64,000 nucleotides of DNA from Gemmatimonadales bacterium (lineage in GTDB: Bacteria > Gemmatimonadota > Gemmatimonadetes > Gemmatimonadales > GWC2-71-9). Position numbers and translations under genes: made by a program. The stretch lies in NCBI GenBank assembly GCA_036265815.1, contig DATAOI010000087.1, positions 6,849-70,848 on the forward strand, given 5' to 3'. Positions 1 through 9,795 of the stretch are shown here, in pieces; the first letter of the stretch is position 1, and each line of letters starts with the position of its first letter. The notes under the pieces are model-generated. The model saw only the letters and a list, made by a program, of their open reading frames with translations, made no database searches and had not been told where the DNA came from.

Positions 1-907
1 ACCGCTCGTCCCAGCGGGCGTGTAACTCCTCGGGCAAGCCCTCTCCGGCCGAGGTGGCCAGGCGCAGGGAGGAGAGGTCCTGACGGCCGGCCTCGGGATG
101 ACTCACCATCTGGTTCACCATGGTGGGCACGGTGATCAGGATGGTGGGCCGGTTTCGGGCAATCCGGCTGAAGATCGCGTCCGCGGTGCAACGCTCGTCG
201 AACAGCACGCTGGCGGCGCCGGCCGCGAAGGGAAACAGGAGATTGGAGCCGGTAGCGTAGCCGAAGTAGAGCTTGGGCACCGAGAGCGTCACATCATCCT
301 CGGTATACCTGAGGACCTGCCGGGCGTAGCACTGTGCCGTGTTGACGAACGAGCGATGCGGCTGCACCGCTGCCTTGGGCCGACCGGTGGTGCCGCCGGA
401 GAAGAGCCAGATGGCTGCATCATCCGGGTGGGTGGGGTAGTTCCTCAGGGTCGCCGGTGCCGCGTCGAGCCGCGATCTCCAGTCGCTGCCGCCCACGACC
501 AGCAGCGCGGGTGCATGGGCAGCGTGGCGGCCCGCGGCGCCAAACGCGTCCGCGTGCACCGCGCCCACCAGCGCCACTGCGGCGCGGCTGTACTCGAAGA
601 AATACTCGATGGCCTCGGGCTTGAGCTCCGGGTTCACCATGACGACCACGGCGCCGATCTTGAGGATGCCGAACAGCGCCCCCACGTAGTCGGGCCCATC
701 GGGCAGGGCGATGATCACCCGCTGTTCCGGCGCCACTCCCGCCGAGTTCAGCAGGTTGGCATAGCGGTTGGCCAACGCCTGGACCTCACGATAGGTCCAC
801 CGTCCGGCATCGGTCACCAGCGCGGTCCGGTCGCCCCGGCCCTCGCGTACCCGGGCATCGAGGAAGAAGTCGGCGATGTTGAGACGGGCGGGATCGTCGG
901 TCGTCAT
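1..907 (-). CDS. Aryl-carboxylate--CoA ligase (benzoate/2-aminobenzoate-CoA ligase clade); C-terminal part lies outside the window
   Basis: My own translation of the minus strand from ATG at 907-905 gives MTTDDPARLNIADFFLDARV... It has the AMP-binding P-loop LFSGGTTGRPKA and KLYFGYATG, typical of benzoate-CoA ligases. The frame is open to the window edge, so it is absent from the ORF track. An alternative in-frame ATG lies at 946-944. Confidence 0.85.
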   Translation of the reverse strand, partial: MTTDDPARLNIADFFLDARVREGRGDRTALVTDAGRWTYREVQALANRYANLLNSAGVAPEQRVIIALPDGPDYVGALFGILKIGAVVVMVNPELKPEAIEYFFEYSRAAVALVGAVHADAFGAAGRHAAHAPALLVVGGSDWRSRLDAAPATLRNYPTHPDDAAIWLFSGGTTGRPKAAVQPHRSFVNTAQCYARQVLRYTEDDVTLSVPKLYFGYATGSNLLFPFAAGAASVLFDERCTADAIFSRIARNRPTILITVPTMVNQMVSHPEAGRQDLSSLRLATSAGEGLPEELHARWDER

Positions 908-1030
908 AGCACGTACACCTTGCGAGGCGGCCACCGGCCTCACCATTGACGTCCGAGGAGCGAGCCGCGAGAGGCCGGGCTGGGACCCGTCGGGCGGGAC
1001 CCGGTCGAGAAAGCGTCGGGGGCCTCCGCC

Positions 1031-1232
1031 ATCAGGTCGTCCCGCGAATCAAAATGCGCATAGAAGCCGCCATGGGTAAGCCCGGCGCGCTGCACTGGAT
1101 GAGCGGGAATCGAGGTCCGGGTTGACCATCACAACGGGTGCGCCGATCTTCAGAATGCGAGGCAGGGCCCCTATGTAATACCTCCGGCAGTCGAACCGTC
1201 CGAACATCGAGAAAGAACTCGGCGATATTTGC
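1031..1232 (-). pseudogene. Decayed relic of a second aryl-CoA ligase copy (internally deleted, frameshifted)
   Basis: Three minus-strand patches are colinear with the intact ligase. NIAEFFLD (about 1232-1195) matches NIADFFLD. YYIGALPRILKIGAPVVMVNPDL (about 1170-1098) matches DYVGALFGILKIGAVVVMVNPEL; nt 1116-1182 align with 627-693 at roughly three quarters identity by eye. GGFYAHFDSRDDLM (1078-1031) resembles the DGY..GR.DDM ligase box. The patches sit in different frames. Confidence 0.45.
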
Positions 1233-1996
1233 AGCCGCTCGCCGGAATGACCTGGGAAGACGCACGCGAGGCCGCGGGCCCGGGGTCCGCCGCCATTCTG
1301 CCGGTGGGCGCCATCGAGGCGCACGGTCCGCACCTGCCGCTCGAGACGGACGTGATCATCGCCCAGGCGATGGCGCGCGCCGGTGCCGCCCGGCTGAGCG
1401 CGCGGGGACTCCGGGTGGTCGTTCTCCCGCCGCTGACCTACACCGCCGCGGCATTTGCGCAGAACTTTGCGGGGACGCTCTCGCTTCGCCCGGAGACGGT
1501 CACGGCGACGGTGCGGGACATCGCCGCGTGCCTGGTACGGCATGAGTTCGGAGTGCTGGCCATCGCCAACGCGCATCTCGATCCGGAACACCTCGGCTCG
1601 CTCGATGCCGCCGCCGCCCTGATCCGACGCGATCTCGAGCTCGCGGTAGCATGTCCCAACCTCGCGGCCAAGCCGTGGGCCCTCCGGCTGGGGGACGAAT
1701 TCCGCAGCGGCGCGTGCCACGCAGGGCAGTTCGAGACGTCGGTCGTGCTGGCCGAACGGCCGGAGCTGGTCCGCGGGGCACTGATGGCCTCGCTGCCGGC
1801 GAACCCCGTCTCCCTGTCCCGTGCCATCCGCGATGGCAAGCGGAGCTTCGAGGAGGCGGGCGGCGCCCAGGCGTACTTCGGCTTTCCGGCCCAGGCGAGC
1901 GCCGAGGAGGGCCGGGCCACGATCGAGGTGCTCGGTCAGATTCTCGACGAAGCGGTGCAAGCCGAGCTCACCGCCAGGGCCGAGCAGACGAGATGA
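1229..1996 (+). CDS. Creatininase-fold amidohydrolase family protein
   Basis: 255-aa ORF with LPVGAIEAHGPHLPLETDVII, the metal-binding signature of the creatinine amidohydrolase / ArfB / MftE fold. An alternative start is MTWEDA at 1247. Its stop overlaps the next start (ATGA at 1993-1996). Confidence 0.8.
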   Translation: MQPLAGMTWEDAREAAGPGSAAILPVGAIEAHGPHLPLETDVIIAQAMARAGAARLSARGLRVVVLPPLTYTAAAFAQNFAGTLSLRPETVTATVRDIAACLVRHEFGVLAIANAHLDPEHLGSLDAAAALIRRDLELAVACPNLAAKPWALRLGDEFRSGACHAGQFETSVVLAERPELVRGALMASLPANPVSLSRAIRDGKRSFEEAGGAQAYFGFPAQASAEEGRATIEVLGQILDEAVQAELTARAEQTR

Positions 1997-3213
1997 GCTC
2001 CCTGAGCCGTGGAGTGGCTGTGGTGACCGGCGGCGGCCGCGGGATCGGAGCGGCCACCGCCCGCGCGCTGTCGGACGCCGGTCTCGATGTGGTCGTCGCC
2101 GCCCGCACGGGCGAGCAGATCGAGCGCCAGGCCGCCGCGCTGGTGGCCATGGGCCGCCGGGCGAGGGCGGTGGTCTGTGACGTGACCAGCGAAGCCAGCG
2201 TGGAGGCCCTCTCCCGCGCGGCGTCCGAGCTGGGACCGGTGGCGGTTCTGGTCAACAACGCGGGCGCCGCCGGGTCGATGCCTGTGGTCCGGACCTCGCT
2301 CGAGGATTGGAATCGGCTCCTGGCCATCAACGCCACCGGGGCCTTCCTATGCACCCGGGCGTTTCTCCCGGGGATGCTCGAGCGGCAGCAGGGCCGAGTG
2401 ATCAACGTGTCGTCGACGGCGGGTCTCCGCGGGGGGAAGTATCTCGCGGCCTACGCCGCTGCCAAGCACGCGCTGCTGGGTCTCACCCGGTCGGCGGCCG
2501 CCGAGGTTGCCGGCAGCGGGGTGACGGTGAACGCCGTCTGCCCCGGCTTCGTCGATACCGAGATGACATCCGAGACCGTGGCCAGGATCATGGCCAAGAC
2601 CGGCCGCACCCGCGAGGAAGCGCTGGCGGCCGCCCTCGACTCCGAGGGTCAGGTCCGCTTGATCGCGCCCGAAGAGGTGGCGGCGGCGGTGGTCTCGCTC
2701 GCCGCCACTGCGGTTCCCCATGCTCCCAACGGAGAGATCGTGGTCCTGGACGGGAGAGATCAGATGGCCGGCCGCTTCGCGATCATCAACCCCGAGGAGC
2801 TCGGTGCGCCCCGCGGCTGGAACAACGGGATGCTGGCGCACGCGGGGGGAAGGATGCTCTTCATCGCGGGCCAGACCGCGCGGGACAGCTCGGGGCGAGT
2901 GCCGGCCACCGACTTCGTCTCTCAGTTCGATCGGGCGTTGGACAACCTGCTCGCCGTCCTCCGCCATGCCGGCGGCGAGCCGGGTGACATCGGGCGATTC
3001 ACCATCTATGTCACCGACATGGCCCAGTACCGCGCGAGCCTCAAGTCCCTGGGCGAAGTGTACCGACGCCGGATGGGGACACACTACCCGGCGATGGCGC
3101 TGGTGGAGGTGACGTCGCTGGTGGATCCGCAGGCGGTGGTGGAGATCGAAGCAACCGCGGTGCTTGGGGCCAATCTCTCGGTCGATGGCGGGCAGCACAA
3201 GGGAAATCTGTGA
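1993..3213 (+). CDS. Fusion protein: short-chain dehydrogenase/reductase (N-terminal) + RidA/YjgF-family domain (C-terminal)
   Basis: The real start is MSSLSRGVAVVTGGGRGIGAA at ATG 1993; the track ORF 1651..3213 has a spurious N-extension. SDR motifs are TGGGRGIG, NNAG and YAAAKHAL. The same frame then continues into INPEELGAPRGWNNGML...FIAGQTARD...FTIYVTDM...ALVEVTSLVDPQAVVEIEATAV, which is RidA-like. Confidence 0.8.
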   Translation: MSSLSRGVAVVTGGGRGIGAATARALSDAGLDVVVAARTGEQIERQAAALVAMGRRARAVVCDVTSEASVEALSRAASELGPVAVLVNNAGAAGSMPVVRTSLEDWNRLLAINATGAFLCTRAFLPGMLERQQGRVINVSSTAGLRGGKYLAAYAAAKHALLGLTRSAAAEVAGSGVTVNAVCPGFVDTEMTSETVARIMAKTGRTREEALAAALDSEGQVRLIAPEEVAAAVVSLAATAVPHAPNGEIVVLDGRDQMAGRFAIINPEELGAPRGWNNGMLAHAGGRMLFIAGQTARDSSGRVPATDFVSQFDRALDNLLAVLRHAGGEPGDIGRFTIYVTDMAQYRASLKSLGEVYRRRMGTHYPAMALVEVTSLVDPQAVVEIEATAVLGANLSVDGGQHKGNL

Positions 3214-4013
3214 CGCCCCTGCATCCCAGGTCATTTCTCTACACCGTCGACCCGGCGACCGCCGTCGCCACGATCACGCTCAACCGGCCCGAGCGACTCA
3301 ATGCACTCACCTTCGAGGTCTACACCGAGCTCAGGGACACCTTCCGCGCACTCGACGCTGAGCCCGGCATTCGCGCCATCATCATCACCGGCACCGGGCG
3401 AGCCTTCTGCACCGGCGGAGATGTCGAGGACATCATCGGCGCGCTGTTCACCAGGGATGCCGCCGGATTGCTCGACTTCACCCGGCTCACGGGCGATCTC
3501 ATCCTCTCCATCCGCCAGTGTCGCCGCCCGGTGGTGGCGGCGCTCAACGGAACCGTGGCCGGCGCAGGAGCGGTGATCGCGGCGGCCAGCGACATCCGGA
3601 TCGCGGCGGAGAGCGCCAAGATCGCCTTTCTCTTCTCCCGGGTGGGCCTCACGGGCGCCGACATGGGCGCTGCCTGGCTGCTTCCTCGCATCGTCGGCAT
3701 GGCGCACGCGAGCGAGATCCTCATGCTGGGTGACTTTCTCAGCGCCGAGCGCGCAGTCCAGATCGGGCTCTACAACCGGGTGGTCCCCGCGGAGCGGCTG
3801 ATGGCCGAAGCCACCGAGGTCGCCAGCCGGCTGGCGCGGGGACCGTCGGTGGCGCTCGGCGTCACCAAGCAGGCGCTCAATGAGGAGGCCGCGATGACCC
3901 TGGTCTCCGCCCTCGAATGGGAGGCGAAGGCCCAAGCCGAGTGCATGCAGAACCCGAACTTCCGTGAAGCCTACGAGGCGTTCCGCGCCAAGCGCGAACC
4001 GAGGTTCGAGTAG
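3210..4013 (+). CDS. Enoyl-CoA hydratase/isomerase (crotonase) family
   Basis: ITLNRPERLNAL, GTGRAFCTGGDV and VAALNGTVAGAGAVIAAASDIRIA. The GTG start overlaps the upstream stop (GTGA). Confidence 0.9.
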   Translation: MTPLHPRSFLYTVDPATAVATITLNRPERLNALTFEVYTELRDTFRALDAEPGIRAIIITGTGRAFCTGGDVEDIIGALFTRDAAGLLDFTRLTGDLILSIRQCRRPVVAALNGTVAGAGAVIAAASDIRIAAESAKIAFLFSRVGLTGADMGAAWLLPRIVGMAHASEILMLGDFLSAERAVQIGLYNRVVPAERLMAEATEVASRLARGPSVALGVTKQALNEEAAMTLVSALEWEAKAQAECMQNPNFREAYEAFRAKREPRFE

Positions 4014-4016
4014 GTC

Positions 4017-5156
4017 ATGCCCGACGCGAAGCTGATCCGGACCTTTCTCGAGCCGCATCATCCGGTCTTCGCGGACCAAGCCAGGAGCTTCGCGACGGCT
4101 GAGATCGCTCCGCGCCCGGAGCCGGCCGACGATGCCGCGGCTCGGAAGGAGGCGCGCGAGCTGCTTGGCATACTCGGCGTGGGCGGGTGGCTCAAGCCGA
4201 TTCTCGATCTCGACCTCCGTGGCTGCTGCCTCATGCGAGAAGCACTCGCCGAAGTGTCCCCGCTCGCCGACGCGGTGTTTGCGCTGCAGGGGCTTGGCAC
4301 CACGCCGATTCTGTTGGGCGGAACGCAGGCGCAGAAGGACCGATGGCTTGGACCGATTGCCGAGGGCAAGGTCATGACCGCCTTCGCGATGACCGAGGCC
4401 GAGGCGGGGTCGGACGTGGCCGCCATTGCCAGCAACGCGCGGCACGAGGGATCAGGATACGTCATCACCGGAGCCAAGACTCTGATCTCCAACGCCGGCA
4501 TCGCCGATCTCTACATCGTGTTCGCCTCCACCGACCGGCCTAAGGGTGCCAAAGGGATCAGCTGCTTCCTGGTGCCGGCCAACACGTTCGGACTCCGGTT
4601 CCGCCCTCAGGTGCTGAGCGCGCCGCATCCGTTGGGTCAGATCGCCTTCGAGGACTGCCGGGTTCCTGCCGATGCGCTGCTCGGCGACGAGGGACGCGGG
4701 TACGGGCTCGGCCTCGCGGCACTGGACCGGTTGCGGCCGACCGTGGCGGCCGCGGCCTGCGGCATGGCGGCTCGCGCGCTCGCCGAATCACTCGCTCACG
4801 TGAAGCAGCGGAAGCAATTCGGCACCGCCCTGGCCCAATTCCAGCTGGTCCAGCAGAAGCTCGCCCGGATGGCCACCGATCTCACGGCCGCGCGGCTCCT
4901 CACCTATCAGGCGGCCTATGAGAAGGACCAGGGACAGGAGCGAATCACCCGCGAGGCCGCCATGGCCAAATCCTTCGCGACCGAGATGGCCCAGCGGGCT
5001 GTTGACGACGCGGTGCAGCTCATCGGAGGACGCGGCGTGCTGGCCGATCATCCAGTGGAGCGACTGTACCGCGCCGTGCGGGCGCTCCGGATCTACGAGG
5101 GCACGACGGAGATTCAGCAATTGATCATCGCAGGGGAGCTCCTGAAGGAAGGCTGA
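4017..5156 (+). CDS. Acyl-CoA dehydrogenase
   Basis: [28 protein letters not shown] and the C-terminal [18 protein letters not shown]. It starts 3 nt after the crotonase stop. Confidence 0.9.
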   Translation: MPDAKLIRTFLEPHHPVFADQARSFATAEIAPRPEPADDAAARKEARELLGILGVGGWLKPILDLDLRGCCLMREALAEVSPLADAVFALQGLGTTPILLGGTQAQKDRWLGPIAEGKVMTAFAMTEAEAGSDVAAIASNARHEGSGYVITGAKTLISNAGIADLYIVFASTDRPKGAKGISCFLVPANTFGLRFRPQVLSAPHPLGQIAFEDCRVPADALLGDEGRGYGLGLAALDRLRPTVAAAACGMAARALAESLAHVKQRKQFGTALAQFQLVQQKLARMATDLTAARLLTYQAAYEKDQGQERITREAAMAKSFATEMAQRAVDDAVQLIGGRGVLADHPVERLYRAVRALRIYEGTTEIQQLIIAGELLKEG

Positions 5157-5216
5157 CGTGGCTCCCCGGTAGCTGCTGGCCCGGCTGACGGCGGCCGTTA
5201 GCTTTAGCCTTGAGCC

Positions 5217-6668
5217 ATGTGGCATCCCGATCCCTTCGTCAAGTATCCGATCCCGGAGACGCATCCACCCACGCTGGCGGACGCGGCGCGATCGCTCTGG
5301 TTCAGCCCACTCGAGTGCGGCCGGCTCGAGCTGCGGGAGCGCACCTGGGTTCCCGCCATGGTGCCGTGGCGGGCGACCGCTGACGGAGTGGTGACACCCG
5401 AGGTGCTCGCGTGGTACGAGCGGTTCGCGCGAGGGCAGCCCGGGGCTCTGGTGGTCGAGGCCACCGGGATCCGCGACATTCCCAGCGGACCGCTCCTCCG
5501 GATCGGAGACGACCGGTTCATTCCCGGCCTGGGGGAGCTGGTGCGCACCGTCCGGCAGGCGAGCGGTGGCCGGACTCGGCTGTTCATCCAGATCATCGAC
5601 TTCCTCCGGATCCGCCGCCGCCCCGAGCCGGAGCGATACTTCCGGGAGTTCCTGGTCCTCACTGAGCGGCACCGCACTCTAGTGCCGGGCAGCGACGACG
5701 CCATCCGGGAGACCCTGGCGCGAATGCCGGAGGCGGAGTGGCCCCGGTTCCTCACTGAGCGCGAGCTGGAGAGCCTGCGATTCGGCGAGCGGGAACGAGT
5801 TACGGATACCGGGCTGCCCCACATCCGGGAGCTGCCGCGCGTCTTGCCGGGGCTGTTCGCTCGAGCGGCGGCCCGCGCGGAGGAGGCGGGGTTCGACGGG
5901 GTGGAGCTGCACTGCGCCCACGCCTACACCATGGCGTCGTTTCTCTCCACCCTCAACCAGCGCGACGATGGCTACGGCGGGTCGCGCGCGGAGCGGGTGA
6001 AGTTGCCGCTCGAGGTCTTCCACGCGGTGCGGCAGAACGTAAGCCAGCGATTCGTGGTCGGGTGCCGGTTCCTGGCCGAGGAATGTATCCCGGGCGGTTA
6101 CACGTCCGAGGATGCCGCCTGGTTCGGCGCCCAGTTCGCGCGGGCGGGAATGGACTACCTCTCGCTCTCTCGAGGGGGCAAGTTCGAGGACGCCAAGCAG
6201 CCGCGGGTGGGCTGGGCCCGGTATCCCTACACCGGACCCAGCGGGTACGAGTGCATGCCGACCGTCCGATCGGATGAACGGGGACCGTTCGGCCGGAACC
6301 GGGAGGCCACCCGCGCGGTGCGGGACGCGGTACTCGCCGCGGGGTGCCGGACGCCGGTCGTCTTGTCGGGTGGCATCTCGACGTTCGAGCAGGCGGAGGA
6401 GCTGCTGCGGGACGGCGCCGCCGACATCATCGCCTCGGCACGACAGAGCCTGGCGGATCCCGACTGGTTCCGGAAGCTCAGGCTCGGCCTGGGCGGCGAA
6501 GTGCGGCGCTGTGTCTTCACCAACTACTGTGAGGGCCTCGACCAGGTGCACAAGCCCGTGACCTGCAAGCTCTGGGATCACCTCGAACTCGACGGCGACG
6601 ATCCGCCGCGCCCCGCCATCGGCCGCCGCCGGTTGGTGGCCCCGCCGTGGGAGCCGGCCGCCAGGTGA
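5217..6668 (+). CDS. Old-yellow-enzyme (OYE) family NADH:flavin oxidoreductase, atypical
   Basis: [44 protein letters not shown] is the OYE TIM-barrel core. A C-terminal [19 protein letters not shown] resembles the FadH Fe-S motif but has only 3 Cys. Confidence 0.8.
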   Translation: MWHPDPFVKYPIPETHPPTLADAARSLWFSPLECGRLELRERTWVPAMVPWRATADGVVTPEVLAWYERFARGQPGALVVEATGIRDIPSGPLLRIGDDRFIPGLGELVRTVRQASGGRTRLFIQIIDFLRIRRRPEPERYFREFLVLTERHRTLVPGSDDAIRETLARMPEAEWPRFLTERELESLRFGERERVTDTGLPHIRELPRVLPGLFARAAARAEEAGFDGVELHCAHAYTMASFLSTLNQRDDGYGGSRAERVKLPLEVFHAVRQNVSQRFVVGCRFLAEECIPGGYTSEDAAWFGAQFARAGMDYLSLSRGGKFEDAKQPRVGWARYPYTGPSGYECMPTVRSDERGPFGRNREATRAVRDAVLAAGCRTPVVLSGGISTFEQAEELLRDGAADIIASARQSLADPDWFRKLRLGLGGEVRRCVFTNYCEGLDQVHKPVTCKLWDHLELDGDDPPRPAIGRRRLVAPPWEPAAR

Positions 6669-8923
6669 GAGTCGCCATCGTAGGGGCGGGGCCCGCCGGC
6701 CTCTATCTCGCCATCCTGCTCAAGCGCGACGACCCCAGCCACCAGGTGACGGTCTATGAGCGGAACCGGGTGGAGGACACGTTCGGCTTCGGGGTGGTGT
6801 TCTCGGACGAGACGCTGGAGAACGTCGGCGAGGCCGATCCCGACACCAACGACGCAATGGCCGCCGCTGCCGCGCGCTGGGAGGAGATCGAGATCCACTA
6901 CCGCGGCACGGTCATGCGCTCCACCGGGCATCGCTTCTCGGGCGTGGAACGGAAGACCCTGCTGGACCTGCTGGCCCGGCGGGCGCAATCGCTGGGCGTC
7001 GAGGTTCAGTGGCAGCGCGAGATTCGAGATCTCACCGACTGCGGCCTTCCCGCCGCCGATCTGATCGTCGCGGCGGACGGCGTGGCCAGCCTGATCCGCG
7101 ACCAGCTGTCTGACACATTCCAACCTCAGCTCGACTGGCGCTACAACCGCTTCGTCTGGCTCGGCAGCGCCCGAGCGTTTCCCGCGTTCACCTTCTACTT
7201 CAAGCCTTCGCCGGCCGGGCTCTGGCGCACCCATGCCTATCAGTATGCTCCCGGACGCTCGACCTTCATCGTGGAGGCCAGGGAAGACACCTGGCAGGCG
7301 AGTGGACTCGACGCGAACGACGAGCGGGGCACCGTCGCGTACCTGGAGCGGCTCTTCCAGGACGAGCTGCAGGGCCATCCGCTGGTGGCCAACCGCTCCA
7401 TCTGGCGCCGGTTTCCCACGGTCCGGAACGCGCGCTGGCACTCGGGGAACGTGGTGCTGCTGGGCGACGCCGCCCACACGGCGCACTTCTCGGTCGGCTC
7501 CGGCACCAAGCTCGCGATGGAAGACGCCATCGCGCTGGCGGCGGCGCTCCGAGCCGAGCGATCGATTCCCGGCGCGCTCGCCAGCTACGAGGCGAGCCGG
7601 CGGCCGCAGGTGGAAAGCCTCCAGCGCGCGGCCCAGGCGAGCCTCGAGTGGTTCGAATCGGTGGAACGTTACCACGATACCGAGCCGCTGCAGTTCGCCT
7701 TCAATCTGCTCACCCGCAGCCTCCGCATCACCCATGAGAACCTGAAGGTTCGCGATCCCGCCCTGGTGAGCCAGGTCGACCGCTGGTTCGCCGAGCAGGC
7801 TGCCAGGCAGAGCGGGCGTCCGGTGACGCTCGAGCCGTGTCCTCCACCCTTGTTCACCCCCTACCGGCTTCGCGAGCTGGTGCTGCCCAACCGGATCGTG
7901 GTCTCCTCGATGTGCCAGTACCGGGCGGAGGACGGGCTTCCGAACGACTGGCACCTGGTCCACCTGGGCAGCCGGGCCATCGGCGGCGCCGGGCTGGTGA
8001 TGACGGAGATGACCGACGTGAGCCGGGAAGGCCGGATCTCCCCCGGCTGCGCCGGGATGTATCTCCCGGGTCATGTTGCCGCATGGCGGCGGATCGTGGA
8101 GTTCGTGCATCAAGGGAGCGAGGCCAAGCTCGGCCTGCAGCTCTCGCACGCGGGGAGGAAGGGATCGACCTGCCGGCTGTGGGAGGGCGAGGATGAGCCG
8201 CTGCCCGACGGGAACTGGCCGCTGATCGCGCCGTCTCCCATCCCCTACCGTTCCCACAACCAGATCCCCCGGGAGATGACCCGGGCCGACATGGACCAGG
8301 TCGCCGCCGACTTCGTCCGGGCCACCGGCATGGCCGACGCTGCCGGGTTCGACCTCCTGGAGCTCCACCTCGCGCATGGGTACCTGCTGGCTTCGTTCAT
8401 CTCGCCTCTCACCAACCGGCGAACCGACGAGTATGGCGGATCCCTCACCAACCGAATGCGCTACCCGCTGGAGATCGTGACCCGGGTCCGCGCCGAGTGG
8501 CCTCAGGCCAAGCCGCTGTCCGTCAGGATCTCGGCCGTCGACTGGGCGCCCGGCGGCACGGAGGCGCACGATGCGGTGGAGGTAGCGCGGATGGTGGTTG
8601 CCGCGGGGGCCGACATCGTGGACGTCTCCGCGGGCCAGACCGTCCCCGAAGCGAAGCCGGTCTACGGTCGGCAGTTCCAGACCCCGTTCAGCGACCGGGT
8701 CCGGCATGAGGCGCGGGTGCCGACGATGACGGTGGGGAACATCTCATCCCCCGCGGACGTCAACACCATCCTGGCCGCCGGCCGGGCGGATCTGGTGGTG
8801 CTGGCGCGAGCGCACCTGTGGGACCCGTACTGGACCCGGCACGCGGCCGCCGACCTGGGGTACACGCTTCCCTGGCCGCCGGAGTACGCAACCTTGAACC
8901 GGTACACTCCCCGACTGCGGTAG
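6647..8923 (+). CDS. Bifunctional FAD-dependent aromatic-ring monooxygenase :: OYE-type reductase (2-aminobenzoyl-CoA monooxygenase/reductase or salicylyl-CoA 5-hydroxylase architecture)
   Basis: N-terminal half: [17 protein letters not shown] (GxGxxG) and [27 protein letters not shown]-terminal half: [40 protein letters not shown]. The likely true start is GTG 6665, overlapping the upstream stop (GTGA). Confidence 0.85.
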   Translation: MGAGRQVRVAIVGAGPAGLYLAILLKRDDPSHQVTVYERNRVEDTFGFGVVFSDETLENVGEADPDTNDAMAAAAARWEEIEIHYRGTVMRSTGHRFSGVERKTLLDLLARRAQSLGVEVQWQREIRDLTDCGLPAADLIVAADGVASLIRDQLSDTFQPQLDWRYNRFVWLGSARAFPAFTFYFKPSPAGLWRTHAYQYAPGRSTFIVEAREDTWQASGLDANDERGTVAYLERLFQDELQGHPLVANRSIWRRFPTVRNARWHSGNVVLLGDAAHTAHFSVGSGTKLAMEDAIALAAALRAERSIPGALASYEASRRPQVESLQRAAQASLEWFESVERYHDTEPLQFAFNLLTRSLRITHENLKVRDPALVSQVDRWFAEQAARQSGRPVTLEPCPPPLFTPYRLRELVLPNRIVVSSMCQYRAEDGLPNDWHLVHLGSRAIGGAGLVMTEMTDVSREGRISPGCAGMYLPGHVAAWRRIVEFVHQGSEAKLGLQLSHAGRKGSTCRLWEGEDEPLPDGNWPLIAPSPIPYRSHNQIPREMTRADMDQVAADFVRATGMADAAGFDLLELHLAHGYLLASFISPLTNRRTDEYGGSLTNRMRYPLEIVTRVRAEWPQAKPLSVRISAVDWAPGGTEAHDAVEVARMVVAAGADIVDVSAGQTVPEAKPVYGRQFQTPFSDRVRHEARVPTMTVGNISSPADVNTILAAGRADLVVLARAHLWDPYWTRHAAADLGYTLPWPPEYATLNRYTPRLR

Positions 8924-9001
8924 ATCCGGCTCGGCGTTGCGTGCGCGTCGCCGCGGCTGTTGCTACTCTTGTGTTGCCTCCCCTTGCGAAGAGACCACCG
9001 G

Positions 9002-9781
9002 ATGCCCTCGTACGCCGAATACCTGAAGGTCAATGAGCTGCTCGCGCTCCAGTGTCCTCTGTCGGAGGGCCCGGAGCACGACGAGATGCTCTTCATCGTG
9101 ATCCATCAGGTGTACGAGCTCTGGTTCAAGGAGATCCTCCACGAGCTGGATCACCTCCAGGATCTGCTCTCCCGCAACGACGGCGCCAGGGCCCGGGGCA
9201 CACTCAAGCGCATTCTGACCATCCTCAAGGTGATGGTGGCGCAGCTCGACATCCTGGAAACGATGACGCCACTCGAGTTCCTGTCGTTCCGTGACCGGCT
9301 GGAGTCGGGGAGCGGGTTCCAATCGTTCCAGTTCCGCGAGCTGGAGTTCGCGCTGGGATGGAAGGATCAGAAGGCGGTGGAGCGCCACCCGGCGGGGAGC
9401 GAGGTCCGCCGGCGGTTGGAGCGACGGCTGCACTCACCCTCGCTCTGGGATGGCTTCCTGCGCCATCTGGCTGCCGGCGGCGTCCCGGTGCCCCGGAGCG
9501 ACCTGGAGCGGGACGTGACCCGGCGAGTGGAGCCCTCCCCCGGTCTCCGCGATGCGTTGATTGCCGTGTACCGCAGCCAATCGGCGGAGGCAGAGCTGTG
9601 CGAACGGCTGGTGGATCTCGATGAAGGCATCATGGAGTGGCGCTACCGGCACGTGAAGATGGTGCAGCGGACCATCGGCACCCGCCGTGGCACCGGGGGA
9701 AGCGCGGGCGCGGACTACCTGCTGGCCACACTCAATCAGCCACTGTTTCCGGATCTGTGGGCCATCAGGACCGAGCTCTGA
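9002..9781 (+). CDS. kynA: Tryptophan 2,3-dioxygenase
   Basis: MPSYAEYLKVNELLALQCPLS..HDEMLFIVIHQVYELWFKEILHELD and WRYRHVKMVQRTIG. ATG 9002 is preferred over the TTG at 8960 used by the track. Confidence 0.9.
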   Translation: MPSYAEYLKVNELLALQCPLSEGPEHDEMLFIVIHQVYELWFKEILHELDHLQDLLSRNDGARARGTLKRILTILKVMVAQLDILETMTPLEFLSFRDRLESGSGFQSFQFRELEFALGWKDQKAVERHPAGSEVRRRLERRLHSPSLWDGFLRHLAAGGVPVPRSDLERDVTRRVEPSPGLRDALIAVYRSQSAEAELCERLVDLDEGIMEWRYRHVKMVQRTIGTRRGTGGSAGADYLLATLNQPLFPDLWAIRTEL

Positions 9782-9795
9782 GCCTCGCCAGGGCC

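Noticed and set aside
98-949. 283-aa + strand ORF at the window start
   Set aside because: Its composition is Arg/Gly/His-rich and it lies exactly antisense to a convincing AMP-ligase frame (P-loop LFSGGTTGRPKA). It is a typical high-GC shadow ORF.
6578-8707. 709-aa - strand ORF
   Set aside because: It is antisense to the monooxygenase::OYE gene, has no recognisable motifs, and is a low-complexity Arg/Gly/Pro/His-rich translation.
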